From the NCBI RefSeq assembly GCF_006345805.1, contig NC_043026.1, positions 992,001-1,056,000 of the forward strand: a stretch of 64,000 nucleotides of DNA, given 5' to 3'. The notes under the pieces are model-generated. The model saw only the letters and a list, made by a program, of their open reading frames with translations. It did no database searches and was not told the origin of the DNA. Shown here piece after piece: positions 1 to 12,656 of the stretch (its first letter is position 1; the number at the start of each line of letters is the position of its first letter). This DNA comes from Octopus sinensis. Its lineage: Eukaryota. Position numbers and translations under genes: made by a program.

Positions 1-123
1 AATTTATGTCCCTAACACTAGCTTAATGATAACCAAGTTATTTTACTAAATTCTTTATTATATTTAAAGTAATTGAAAGAAACACAGAGCATCCCAAAAT
101 AAATACAGTAATGAAAGGGTTAA
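1..123. mobile_element. piggyBac-type MITE, partial (runs off window start); same family as 32984-33458
   Basis: Ends AAAGGG|TTAA (117-123); the body is the reverse complement of part of the 32984-33205 element. Confidence 0.7.
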
Positions 124-282
124 CGGCTAAACAGCATTGTGTTGGTGTAATAGATAACATTGTGTCTTATACTGCACTGTAATGATAGAATAGATATTGT
201 AAGCACCCACTCTCGGAGTGGTTGGCATTAGGAAGGGCATCAAGCTGTAGAAACCTTGCTGAATTTGGATAAAGAACATTAA

Positions 283-503
283 CCCTTTAGTGATTAAACT
301 AGCTACATCCGGCCCAATATATTCTACATGTTTTATATTTGAACTAGCCATATCTAGTCTTTCACACCTTACCTACATTGACATTCTAAAAATAAACAAT
401 CACATCATTGAAACCTCAAAGTTGTAAGATAATGCATGATTAATTCAAAACAATTTGAGTGAAAAAGTATTACATTTAACAGAGTAATCTGAACACAAAA
501 GGG
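283..503. mobile_element. piggyBac-type MITE (221 bp) with TTAA target-site duplication
   Basis: TTAA at 279-282 and 504-507; termini CCCTTT...AAAGGG. Related end fragments near 35560-35635 and 53940-53990. Confidence 0.75.
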
Positions 504-654
504 TTAAGAGCTGGAAAAAACTGTCTGTGGTGTCACGACGACGATGATGATGACGATGATGATGATGTTGAGGAGGAGGAGGATGCTAACGATTTTGCCA
601 GATTGCTGTTGCAACAACAACAACAACAACAACACTAACAATAGTCTCAAATTT

Positions 655-852
655 TAGCCCAAGGCCAGTGATTTCGAGCTGAGAGGGCAAGTCGACTACA
701 TCGACCTAAGTACTTGATTGACCAGTACTTATTCCATCGATGCCAAAAGGATGAAAAGCAGAGGTCAGCCTGAGGTGGAATTCGAACTCGGGATGTAAAA
801 AACATGGAAGAAACACCACAAAACTTTTCGCTCAACATGCTAACGATTCAGC
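655..852 (-). mobile_element. tRNA-derived SINE family B, degenerate
   Basis: Shares the 'agtacttattccatcga...aaaggatgaaaagc...gtggaattcgaactc' block with copies at 28760-29105, 50455-50790 and 59697-59842. Confidence 0.6.
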
Positions 853-1252
853 CATCTCCTCACCTTTGTATCATTATAATGGAATGGGATGTTGTACTGA
901 GCTGTAGAGGGCTAATGTAGCAGATATTATAGTTTATTGTCTAGCAGATAAAGATAACCCTTTTATTAATGGTGTGGACTATCAGAGACTGTAATCCGAA
1001 AATCATGAATTGGACTTAGCCACTAAAAGAGTAATTTAAACATTATATGTAATACGTAACACAGAAATATGCCACATGTTACATTAAACTAATTATAAAC
1101 AGTTCATTAAAAGAATGTGTGAGATAATGAGAGAGAGAAGGAAATGTAATTCTTCAGACAGACAAAATGGTTATGGTATAAAATTTGCGGCTGTGTGGTA
1201 AGATGCTTGCTTCCCAACCATATGGTTCCGGGATCAGTCCATATATACATAT

Positions 1253-1285
<33 letters not shown>

Positions 1286-1611
1286 CATAGAGACAGACAG
1301 ACAGACAGAGAGTTAGTTATATATATTGGAGTAGTTCAACTGATCAAAATGTAAACTCTGTAATGCCCATGATCTTCTACCCAGGGTACTCAAAATACAA
1401 AATTATATCATACATGCTTTGTAATTCAAATTGGGTGCAAAGTAAAACAATTATAGGCAATGTTAATTAATTAATAAATTAATTTATATCCACTGAATCT
1501 CTCCATTTTCAAACTTATTAATAATATTATATATATATATATATATATACATACGTGTGTGTGTGTGTGTGGTGTGTGTGTGCTGTTGCCACGTAAAATT
1601 GTTCTTCCCAA

Positions 1612-1778
1612 CACCCACTCTACGGAGTGGGTGTTGGGAAGGGCATCCAGCCATAAAATCCCATGCCAAAAGAAACACCAAAGCCTGGCGCAGTCTTCTG
1701 CTTAGCCAGCCGTCGCCAAAACTGTCCAACCCATGCCAGCATGGAAAGCAGACATTTAATGACGATGATGATGATGAC
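1612..1778 (+). mobile_element. RTE LINE 3' UTR fragment with (GAT)n tail
   Basis: 'ggaagggcatccagc...ccaacccatgccagcatggaaagcagac' plus (GAT)n matches the 3' terminus of the RTE at 20979-22677. Confidence 0.7.
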
Positions 1779-1826
1779 ATATGCATATATTTATATGTAT
1801 GTATATTAATATATATATATATATAT

Positions 1827-1905
1827 ATATATAGAAAATAGTAAAAAGTGAAAAAACTACAGAAGGCTTCTGTAGTTTTTTCACTTTTTACTATTTTCTA
1901 TATAT
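1827..1905. repeat. Perfect inverted repeat, 39-bp arms, 1-nt spacer
   Basis: 1827-1865 is the exact reverse complement of 1867-1905. Confidence 0.95.
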
Positions 1906-1942
1906 TCAACCACATGTTTTAACACACCAACTTTCTCACCTA

Positions 1943-1999
<57 letters not shown>

Positions 2000-2096
2000 A
2001 ATATATATATTAGGGAGAATTCACAGAAAAACAAAAGATGAACAGGTGGTGTAGACAACAAACATATATTAGTATATCACTCAGGAAGTGAAAACG

Positions 2097-2133
2097 TCTT
2101 TAATGTTTCGAGCCTATGCTCTTCCACCGAAAG
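2097..2133 (-). ncRNA. Degenerate minimal hammerhead-like motif (Penelope-type repeat)
   Basis: Minus strand: cttt-CGGTGGA-A-GAGC-atag-GCTC-GAAAC-ATT-aaag. Stems I and II pair, but the catalytic core is mutated. Confidence 0.4.
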
Positions 2134-2578
2134 GAATACAGAAAGAAACAAGGAGAGAAAATAAGGAATGTACAGTGGCTAGTGATTTATCATGGCAAAT
2201 GCCGGATAGAGGGGTCACACAGGAGAGAGCTAGGAAGAAGGGGAGATAATAAAGTAGTGGTGATCCCCCCCCCCCCAAAAAAAGTGGTGTATGGATGTGA
2301 GGCTGAGTTGTTTTTAGCCATTCATGAGAACGCAAAAAACGTTGCCCCAGCTTTTGTGTATTTCTTCAGAGTAACTATAAGCACTGTTACGCAATAAAAT
2401 ATTGAAACTGGTCGGTGTACTGCTGCGACCTGGTCACTAATTACAATATGCCATCACAACCTTACGTCCTTTGTGTCGGCGACGATCAGGTCAGAGCGTA
2501 ATGTGTTGTGTGATGGAACTTTTTGATGATTCATAGGACATTGTACTATTGAGAAATAAATGATCATGAAGGTAGCAG

Positions 2579-2654
<76 letters not shown>

Positions 2655-2768
2655 TTTAAATGACTTAAGTGACTCTATGATGAGGCAATTGTTTTAGTCT
2701 TAACAAATGATCTCATGATCTCCTCACATCTCATATCAAGTCACTTGCCAAACAAGTATTAGGCCAAC

Positions 2769-2800
<32 letters not shown>

Positions 2801-3344
2801 GTATGCATGTATATATATATATATATATATCATCATCATCATCATATATATATATACACACACACACATATATATATAAATACATACATATATATAAATA
2901 TATATATATACATACATATATATATATAAATATATACATACATATATATATATATATATATACATACATATATATATATATATATATAAATATATACATA
3001 CATATATATATATATATATACATCTATATATACATATATATTCATAAATGCAAGTACATATGCATGTATGCATGTGTGCGTGTATGTGTGTATCTACATG
3101 TGTGTATGTATATAAACGTGTGTGTGTGTGTGTGCACACATTCAAGCACATTACATCCACATAGATATGCATGGATATATGTATATACATATAGATAACA
3201 TACATACACACACACACACATATATTTATCCATATACATATGCGTGTCTCTCTCTCTCTCTATATATATATATGTGTATGTATGTATGTATGTATGTATG
3301 TATGTATGTATGTATATATTTATACATATATATATATGTGTGTA

Positions 3345-3398
<54 letters not shown>

Positions 3399-4073
3399 AG
3401 AGAGAGAGACAGAGAGAGAGAGAGGAGGTTGATAGAGAAATAGATATAGATGTATAAAGATAGATATATAGATGTAAAAACTGATCATACATAATGCCCA
3501 TACACATGTATACACACACACATACACACATACACACTTTTGCACCTACACACACATGCACACAAACACAAACACACATACATCTACTGTGTGTGTGTTG
3601 TGTGTGTGTGTGTGGTGTGTGTGTGTGTTCTTTGCTTTTGCAATGAGTTTAAGAGACGGTTTCACGGCAAAATAGAAAAAAAAGAAAGAATACGTCTTAT
3701 TTGTTTCACACACACACACACACACACACCTAGATGTGTGCGGAGAACAAAAAAGGTGTAAAAAAACAAAAAAAAACAAAGGCATCCGCTAACCAATCAA
3801 TGTAACAATTACATCCAAACCTCGCAATACTGCACCACCGGTCCCACCACCAACCACCACTACCACCACCATCAACAACAACAACCAACAACAAGACTGA
3901 CGCCAACACCACCCCTGCCATCATTAAATGCTGCCCCCCTTCCAAACTCGTTGCCCAGCACTCACACCCAACACTTGGACAGACTTAGAAATGCTAGGCT
4001 AATTATGGTATGGCTTGACTCGGCTCAGCTCAGCTCAGCTCAGGCCGGCTCGTTCCTTCATAGGAGTTGCAGA

Positions 4074-7000
4074 GTGGTGGTGGTGGTGGTGGTGATGTGG
4101 TGGTGGTGGTGGTGGTGGTGGTGGTGATTTGGTGGTGGTGTGGTGAAGATGGTGGTGGTGGTGGTGGTGGTGGTGGTGATGTGGTGGTGGTGTGGTGAAG
4201 ATGGTGGTGGTGGTGGTGGTGGTGGTGGTGGTGGTGATGGTAGTGATGGTGGTGGTGGTGAATGTGGTGGTGGTGGTGGTGATGTGGTGGTGGTGATGGT
4301 AGTGATGGTGGTGGTGGTGAATGTGGTGGTGGTGGTGGTGGTGGTGGTGGTGTGGTGAATGTGGTGGTGGTGATGGTAGTGATGGTGGTGGTGGTGAATG
4401 TGGTGGTGGTGGTGGTGGTGGTGGTGATGGTAGTGATGGTGGTGGTGGTGATGTGGTGGTGGTGGTGGTGGTGGTGGTGGTGATGTGGTGGTGTGGTGTG
4501 GTGAAGATGGTGGTGGTGGTGGTGGTGGTGGTGGTGATGTGGTGGTGGTGTGGTGAAGATGGTGGTGGTGGTGGTGGTGGTGGTGGTGATGTGGTGGTGG
4601 TGTGGTGAAGATGGTGTGGTGGTGGTGTGGTGGTGGTGGTGGTGATGGTAGTGATGGTGGTGGTGGTGAATGTGTGGTGGTGGTGGTGATGTGGTGGTGG
4701 TGATGGTAGTGATGGTGGTGGTGGTGAATGTGGTGGGGTGGGGGGGGGGGTGGGTGGTTGTGGTGAATGTGGTGGGGGGGATGGTAGTGATGGTGGTGGT
4801 GGTGAATGTGGTGGTGGTGGTGGTGGTGGTGGTGATGGTAGTGATGGTGGTGGTGGTGAATGTGGTGGTGGTGGTGGTGAGTGTGGTGGTGGGATGGTAG
4901 TGGATGGTGGTGGTGGAATGTGGTGGTGGTGGGGTGGTGGTGGTGGTGGTGGTGAATGTGGTGGTGGTGGTGGGGGGGGGGGTGGTGTGTGAATGTGGTG
5001 GTGGTGATGGTAGTGATGGTGGTGGTGGTGAAATGGGTGGTGGTGGTGGTGGTGGTGGTGATGGTAGTGATGGTGGTGGTGGTGAATGTGGTGGTGGTGG
5101 TGGTGATGTGGTGGTGGTGATGGTAGTGATGGTGGTGGTGGTGAATGTGGTGGTGGTGGTGTGGTGGTGGTGGTGTGGTGAATGTGGTGGTGGGTGATGG
5201 TAGTGATGGTGGGGGTGAATGTGGTGGTGGTGGTGGTGGTGGGTGATGGTAGTGATGGTGTGGTGGTGGTGAATGTGGTGGTGGTGGTGGTGATGTGGTG
5301 GGTGATGGTAGTGATGGGGTGGGGGTGGTGAATGTGGTGGTGGTGGTGGTGGTGGGTGGTGGTGTGGTGAATGTGGTGGTGGTATGGTAGTGATGGTGGT
5401 GGTGGTGAATGTGGTGGTGGTGTGGTGGTGTGGTGATGGTAGTGATGGTGGTGGTGGTGAATGTGGTGTGGTGGTGGTGATGTGGTGGTGGTGATGGTAG
5501 TGATGGTGGTGGTGGTGAATGTGGTGGTGGTGTGGTGGTGGTGGTGGTGTGTGAATGGTGGTGGTGGTGATGGTAGTGATGGTGGTGGTGGTGAATGTGG
5601 TGGTGGTGGTGGTGGTGGTGGTGATGGTAGTGATGGTGGTGGTGGTGAATGTGGTGGTGGTGGGTGGTGATGTGGTGGTGGTGATGGTAGTGATGGTGGT
5701 GGTGGTGAATGTGGTGGTGTGGTGGTGGTGGTGGTGGTGTGGTGAATGTGGTGGGGTGATGGTAGTGATGGTGGTGGTGGTGAATGTGTGGTGGTGGTGT
5801 GGTGGTGGTGGTGTGGTGAATGTGGTGGTGGTGATGGTAGTGATGGTGGGGGGGGTGAATGTGGTGGTGGGGGGGAATGTGGTGGGGGGGGATGGTAGTG
5901 ATGGTGGGGGGGGGGTGGTGGTGTGGTGAATGTGGGGGTGGTGATGGTAGTGATGGTGGTGGTGGTGAATGTGGTGGTGGTGGTGATGTGGTGGTGGTGG
6001 GGGTGGTGAATGTGTGGGTGGTTGATGGTGGTGGTGGTGGTGGTGGTGAATGTGGTGGTGGTGTGGGGTGGTGGTGGTGGTGGTGAAGGTGGTGGGGTGG
6101 TGTGGTGGTGGTGTGGTGAATGTGGTGGTGGTGATGGTAGTGATGTGGTGGTGGTGAATGTGGTGTGGTGGTGATGGTGGTGGTGTGGTGGTGGTGAATG
6201 GTGGTGGTGGTGGTGGTGGTGGGTGGTGAATGTGGTGGTGGTGGGATGGTAGTGATGGTGGTGGTGGTGAATGTGTGGTGGTGGTGATGGTGGTGGTGGT
6301 GGTGGTGGTGAATGTGGTTGTGGTGGTGGTGGTGGTGGTGGTGGTGAATTGGTGGTGGTGATGGTGGTGGTGGTGGTGGTGGTGAATGTGGTGGTGGTGG
6401 TGGTGGTGGTGGTGGTGGAATGTGGGGGGTGGTGGGGATGGTGGTGGTGTGGTGGTGGTGAATGTGGTGGTGGTGGTGGTGGTGGTGGTGGTGAATGTGG
6501 TGGGGGGGATGGTAGTGATGGTGGTGGTGGTGAATGTGGTGGTGGTGGTGATGGTGGTGGTGGTGGTGGTGGTGAATGTGGTGGTGGTGGTGGTGGTGGT
6601 GGTGGTGGTGAATGTGGTGGTGGTGATGGTGGTGGTGGTGGTGGTGGTGAATGTGGTGGTGTGGGTGGGGTGGTGGTGTGGTGAATGTGGTGGTGGTGAT
6701 GGTAGTGATGGTGGTGGTGGTGGTAGTGGTGATGGTGGTGGTGATGGTGGTGGTGATGGTAGTGGTGGTGGTAGTGGTTGTGGTGGTGATGGTGGTGGTG
6801 GTGGTGGTGGTGAATGTGGTGGTGGTGGTGATGGTGGTGGTGGTGGTGGTGGTGTGGTGGTGAATGTGGTGGTGGTGATGGTAGTGATGGTGGTGAATGT
6901 GATGGTGGTGATGGTGGTGGTCGTCGTGTTGGTGTGGTTGGGGGTGTTGGTGGTCGTGGTGTTGGGGGTAATGTTGGCGGTGTTGGTGGTGATGATGGTG

Positions 7001-7185
7001 GTGGTGGTGGTGAAAGTGGTGTTGGTATTGTTGGCGGCGCTGGTGGTGGTGAGGATAATGGTGTTGGTGGTGTTAGTGGAAGTGGTGGTGATGTTGGTAG
7101 TAGAGGTGGTGGCAGTGGTGGTAGTGGTGGTGGTACTGGTAATGTTGATGTTGTTGTTGCTGGTGATGGTAGTGGCATTAGAGCA
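4074..7185. repeat. ~3.1-kb compound (GGT)n array with a recurring ~45-bp unit
   Basis: The unit ggtgatggtagtgatggtggtggtggtgaatgtggtggtggtggt recurs with many indels. The 1217- and 1054-aa minus-strand ORFs arise because (ACC)n has no stops. Confidence 0.9.
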
Positions 7186-7402
7186 CAGTGGTGTTGCATA
7201 GCATGGTGGTGCTGTGGAGGGTGGAGAGAGGAGAAGGTGATGCAGGTAGGAAGACAGCATCGGGGTGGGAGGTGAGGTAGAAACGGGAAATGGTGAGGGC
7301 GGAAGTACTGGAGAGGAAGAGCACTTAAGCCCCTTTTTTTTTCTCCATTTTGTTTTCATTTCTTTTCTCTCTCTTCTTCTCTCCTCTCTGTGATATGTAT
7401 GG

Positions 7403-7427
7403 GTTGTAGTGGTGGTGGTGGTAGTAA

Positions 7428-7488
<61 letters not shown>

Positions 7489-7601
7489 AGTAGTAGTGGT
7501 AGTGGTGGTGGTGGTCATGGTAGTAATAGTAGTAGTAGTGGTGATGGTGGTGGTGGTCATGGTAGTAATAGTAGTGGTGGTGGTGGTGGTGGTGGTGGTA
7601 A

Positions 7602-7637
<36 letters not shown>

Positions 7638-7650
7638 CAGCAGCAGCAGC
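7403..7650. repeat. (AGT)n/(GGT)n trinucleotide repeat
   Basis: Direct reading of the sequence. Confidence 0.9.
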
Positions 7651-7789
7651 ATCTACTATTGATGACTGACTTTTTCCTCCCAATTTTTTTTATTTTTATT
7701 TTATTTTTATTATTTTTATTTCATTTTTATTTATTTATTTATTTATTTATTTATTTTTCCTTTTTTTTTCTTTGTTTTTTTTTCCCTGT

Positions 7790-7825
<36 letters not shown>

Positions 7826-8623
7826 TCACAGGAAAACATATTGATATTTCTCTCAACATAAATAGATATCAGGTTGTGAGCAAGTCGGAGAGATTCTGTC
7901 ACATCAACGGTGTAGGTATTTATAGATATGTTCCAAAGTGAAACAAACAAACAAACAAACAAACAAACAAACAAATGGATTAAGAAATAAATTTAGGGAA
8001 TTTTGGAGGGGAATACAAAAAAACAAAAAAAAAACAAGCAAAAAGAAAGAAGAGATACGTGTCCGTCCGTCCGTCACTCTTCGGCCATTGGCTACTCTTG
8101 TGTGAATCACTGTCACTTTATACTCATACACAGGCATGCAGACATACACACATGCAGACACACACAGACACACACTCACAAACACGCACACACACACATC
8201 CAAACACATGCAAACACACACACACACACACACATACAAACACACGCACATATGAACACATGCAAACACACACACAAACACACATACACATACAAACACA
8301 CACACACAGGAAAACACATACACATACACACACACACAAATACACACGTGTGTAAATACAAATACACACACACAAACACATACACACACAAACACACAAA
8401 CACACATACAAACACACACACACAGGAAAACACATACAAACACACACACACACAAATAAACACGTGTGTAAATACAAATACACACACACAAACACATACA
8501 CACACAAACACACACACACACTCATATGAACACACACACTCCAGCATGGACGTAGTCAAATGGCTGAAACAAGTAAAAGAATAAACGAATAACTCTGTAT
8601 AATCTTTGTTTCAGAAAATAATA

Positions 8624-9999
8624 ATGGCAGACCCTCAGCTTATTTAAGAAAGAGGCATGCTGTTATTGTGGTTATAAAGGCTGAGCATAGCAATTTAGAA
8701 CTATCTCGATTTTAAAAGTTGACAGATCTTTCATCTACAAAGTTTGTAAGGAGCTAGAGTAGTGCTTTTCAACCTTTTTGCTGGAGCGGAACCCCAAGGA
8801 AACATTCCACTGGCTCAGGGAACCCCTGTGCAATAATTTAATAGTCTTATGTACACATATCTGCACAGGAAAATTAAGAATTACTGCCGATTTTAGCAGT
8901 TTTGTAACTTCTTGCAGAACCCTTGGACTGTACTGGCGGAACCCCAAGGTTCCGCGGAACCCTGGTTGAAAACTACTGAGCTAGAGACTGAAGATGGAAA
9001 TATATCATCAGTATAAAAAGCATTCTAAATGCTCTGAAATCATCAGAACACCTGAATTTATCCAAGAAGTCCCATACACCATTGATTTCAATCCCAGAAA
9101 GTCCATGAAGTCAATTGTAAAAGATCTCCATGTGTCAGAAGGAACAGTCAGAAATGTTGTCCATGAAGACATCAGATATAAGTCTTATATGATGAGGAAA
9201 AGTCAGCTTATCAGAAACAGCAAAAGAAAATCACTACAGCAGATCTAAAGGGCTCTTAAACAAACAGAAAAATACAGCAGAAGAAGATTTAATTTGGTTT
9301 TTCTCAAACGAGAAAAACTTCGACCAAGATCAAAAAGTTAACAGAAAAAATGACAGACAGTTATGTGCAGACCCTTCTGAAGTTCCAAGTATTATGCACA
9401 CAAAATTTCCTGCAATTGTCATGGTTTTAGGGGTTGTCAGCAATGAAGGACATATGATGCCTCCTTACTTCTTTCCACAAGGCCTTAGAGTTAACTCTGC
9501 TGCCTACATTGAGGTCCTGGAAATAATTAAGCCCTGAATAGACAGTGTATGCAGTGGAAGGCCATATGTGTTTCAGTAAGGCTCTACACTATCACACATG
9601 GCTCTAGTAACACAGGAATGGATGGCTAAAAATTTTTGTGATCACATAACCCCATAACATTTGGCCTCCGTATTCCCCAGATCTCAATACACTGGACTAT
9701 TACATGTGCAGCGTTGTTGAGAAAGTGGTCAATGAACACGCCCATAACACCAAAGATTCTTTGAAAGCTGCCATAGTCAGAGTAATGTCCAAAATGAACC
9801 AGGACCACTTGATTCGAGCATGTAGATGATTTAGATCTCATACAGAAGCAGTTGTTGAAGCTGAAGGTGGCTTTATTGAATAATATTTTAGAAAAGAAGG
9901 TTTATTTTTAACCTCATAGAAATTTTTGATAAATAAAGTTATCTGTTATTATACATTTGTTTTTTTTATAGACATAAATCTGTCCTTAGTTATCTTACA

Positions 10000-10006
<7 letters not shown>
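8624..10006 (+). pseudogene. Decayed IS630-Tc1-mariner (maT/DD37D-like) transposase and right end
   Basis: Fragments across stops and frameshifts: HAVIVVIKAEHSNLE, IRTPEFIQEV...PRKSMKSIVKDLHVSEGTVRNVVHEDIRYKSY, FSNEKNFDQDQKVNRKND, HTKFPAIVMVLGVVSNEGHMMPPYFFPQGLRVN, ...EAEGGFIE* (stop ~9882). The terminus ...cataccctA is followed by TA. No left TIR is seen; a SINE tail abuts at ~8540-8592. Confidence 0.85.
8760..8978. mobile_element. hAT (Charlie/Buster-type) MITE, 219 bp, nested in the transposase
   Basis: 8-bp TSD AGCTAGAG at 8752-8759 and 8979-8986; TIRs TAGTGCTTTTCAACC / GGTTGAAAACTACTG match 12/15. Confidence 0.9.
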
Positions 10007-10048
<42 letters not shown>

Positions 10049-10057
10049 TATATATAC

Positions 10058-10103
<46 letters not shown>

Positions 10104-10200
10104 TTATACATATATATATAATTAGAGATAGGTAGATAGACAGATAATAGATAGATAGACAGACAGATCAATAGATAGATAGACAGACAGACAGACAGAT

Positions 10201-10244
<44 letters not shown>

Positions 10245-10635
10245 AGATATACATACATACATACATACCGACAGACAGACAGACAGACATAGGTAGGCAC
10301 ATATATTTATACACAGACCCAACACATGCATTATTTTTATATCTGGTCGGCACTGCAGGCCATTTCCTTCCCCAGTCTTCAGCTATCCCCTGGAGACCAA
10401 AATGATTTTGACAACCTTCTGACAGTAGCACTCCTTCTTGCAGTGCCAGGTAATATTGATGCTATCATAGAGAATTCCAGATTCTTCTGCCCCACCCCCT
10501 CACCTCCCCAACCATTCCTTTATTCGTGCAGTTTATACACTAAATCTAGAACAGCTTTAACCACTGGAATACATCAGCAACTGTTTTATTTGACAACCTG
10601 CTGAAACTTCTTTGTTTTGTCCTTAGTTTAGATCT

Positions 10636-10901
10636 GTGTATACATACATACATACATACATACATACATACATACATTCATACATACATTCATGCATACA
10701 TACATACATACATACATACATGCATGCATACACATGTACATACATGCATGCATACATTCATACATCCATACATACATCCATACATCCATTTATACATACA
10801 TACATACATACATACATCTATACATACATACATACATACATACATAACATACATACATAATATACATAAATACATCCACAAATACAAACATACATACATT
10901 C

Positions 10902-10938
<37 letters not shown>

Positions 10939-11135
10939 TATATATATACAAGCATATGTGCATACATACATATATACATTCACACGTATATACATACATA
11001 TATACAATCGTATATACATTCATACATATATACATATATGCAATCATACATACATACATACATACACGCATTCGTACATATATACATATATACAAGCATA
11101 TATGCATACATACATACATACATACATACATACAT

Positions 11136-11160
<25 letters not shown>
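10636..11160. repeat. (TACA)n/(TA)n/(GACA)n microsatellite
   Basis: Direct reading of the sequence. Confidence 0.9.
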
Positions 11161-11164
<4 letters not shown>

Positions 11165-11166
<2 letters not shown>

Positions 11167-11570
11167 TATTCATCAGGGAAGCAAAATAAAAGCAGACCAG
11201 TTGACTGAGACAGTAGTGCAGGGGCACTTGGCTTGGCACAAAAAAGCACAAGACCCAGGGGGAATAGATAATATCCAAAACTTGGCATGAAGTGTCGACA
11301 AATTCATGACATGCCATTTTTAGAGGCTACCCCCATGCAGTTCTAGAACAAGGGACTCCCACCAAGTACCTGCAGCATGAAAGACAGAAAACATTAATGG
11401 ACAACAGATGGAGGTTGTGAAAAACTACAACTGAAGACATCAATCATATCATTGCCAACGGTGAGCAAATGTCTTCCAGATATTATCTTCCTGTGAGACA
11501 TGATGCAGTGGCTTGAACGGTTTGGAAGAGGATAACAAGCAAAAGAGAAAATGCCGACAGATGTATTCCA
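11165..11570 (+). pseudogene. R4/Dong-like (restriction-like endonuclease) non-LTR retrotransposon relic: zinc knuckle and RHD region
   Basis: Across stops and frameshifts: GYPHAVLEQ...TKYLQHERQK..DNRWRL*KTTTEDINHIIANGEQMSSRYYLPVRHDAVA*TVWKRI. This is a decayed CxxC...H...C knuckle followed by RHD, typical of RLE-type LINE C-termini. Confidence 0.7.
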
Positions 11571-11852
11571 CCCACCCTACTGCCACTGATCGCTGTGGGT
11601 AGAACTCTAATACATCTCCAACATCATCTATTCCTCTCTCTCTCTGACTGTCTCTCTGTCTTTCTCCCTAACTCTCTCCCATCTTCCACCTCCTTCTTTA
11701 TCCTACCAGGATAGCCAAGTATCTCTTCTACAGTAAGGCAACTATATCTGTCCCTATGTCATACATACATACGTACAATACATACATATATACATTATGG
11801 ACCGTTAGCTCCTACACGCATTTTTTTTCTCTACTTTTTTTTTTCTGTGTAT

Positions 11853-11889
11853 CTTTCTGTCAAAGAGCGTAGGCTCGAAACATAAAAGA
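11853..11889 (+). ncRNA. Degenerate minimal hammerhead-like motif, same family as 2097-2133
   Basis: cttt-CTGTCAA-A-GAGC-gtag-GCTC-GAAAC-ATA-aaag. Confidence 0.45.
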
Positions 11890-12002
11890 CTTGTTCTATT
11901 TCTATTCCTGAGCGCCATACTAATACATTTGTTTGTTTGTACTCCACCTGCCTTCGTCTTTTGTCTATTTTCGTAAACCTTCCCGTTATACATACATATA
12001 TA

Positions 12003-12403
12003 TGGGCAAGTGTCTTCAACTATAGCCTCAACCGACCAAAGCCTTGTGAGTGGATTTGGCAGATGGAAACTGAAAGAAGCCCGTCATATATATGTATATA
12101 TATATGCATGTGTATATTTGTGTGTCTGTGTTTGTCCTCCCATCATTGCTTGACAATCGATGCTGGTGTGGTTATGTCCCCGTAACTTAGCGGTTCGGCA
12201 AAAGAGACTGATAGAATATTTTTATTTATTTTTATTTTTGTCTAGTTTCAGCTCACAAGCTGTGGCCATGCTGGGGCACTGCCATTTGAATAAGTACTGG
12301 GCTTACAAAGAATAAGTTCCAGGGTCGATTTGCTCGACTAAAGGCGGTGCTCCAGCATGGCCGCAGTCAAATGACTGAAACAAGTAAAAGAGTAAAGAGA
12401 GTA
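12003..12403 (+). mobile_element. SINE family A (5'-truncated) containing a nested antisense short insertion
   Basis: Matches the full copies at 48635 and 53131. An insert at ~12219-12286 is flanked by GAATA on both sides. Confidence 0.8.
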
Positions 12404-12656
12404 TCCCAAAAAACACCAAATCTGTAACTTTTTTTTGATAATTCAAAACACGCTACCAGCTGAGAGGTTCTACGTTCTTGTAAATAACCACTCGCTGTTT
12501 ATGTTTTTGTGGAAAATGGTTTTTCTGCTGGCATAGAAGATGTAATTTTGTATAAGGCACTGTTAGCCACGTTCCTATTTTACAATATTATTTTGTAGAA
12601 AAAAGAAAAATTTATTCTGTTTCATTCATAAATAAACAACATTATAAAAAAAAGTT

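Noticed and set aside
4030-7683. 1217-aa and 1054-aa ORFs as real proteins
   Set aside because: (ACC)n has no stop in any frame; the translation flips between poly-T, poly-P and poly-H through indels; the start codons are non-ATG or unsupported.
10320-10620. Possible RLE LINE C-terminus on the minus strand (CIPVVKAVLDLV...LPGTARR)
   Set aside because: The similarity is too weak and fragmented to call without a search.
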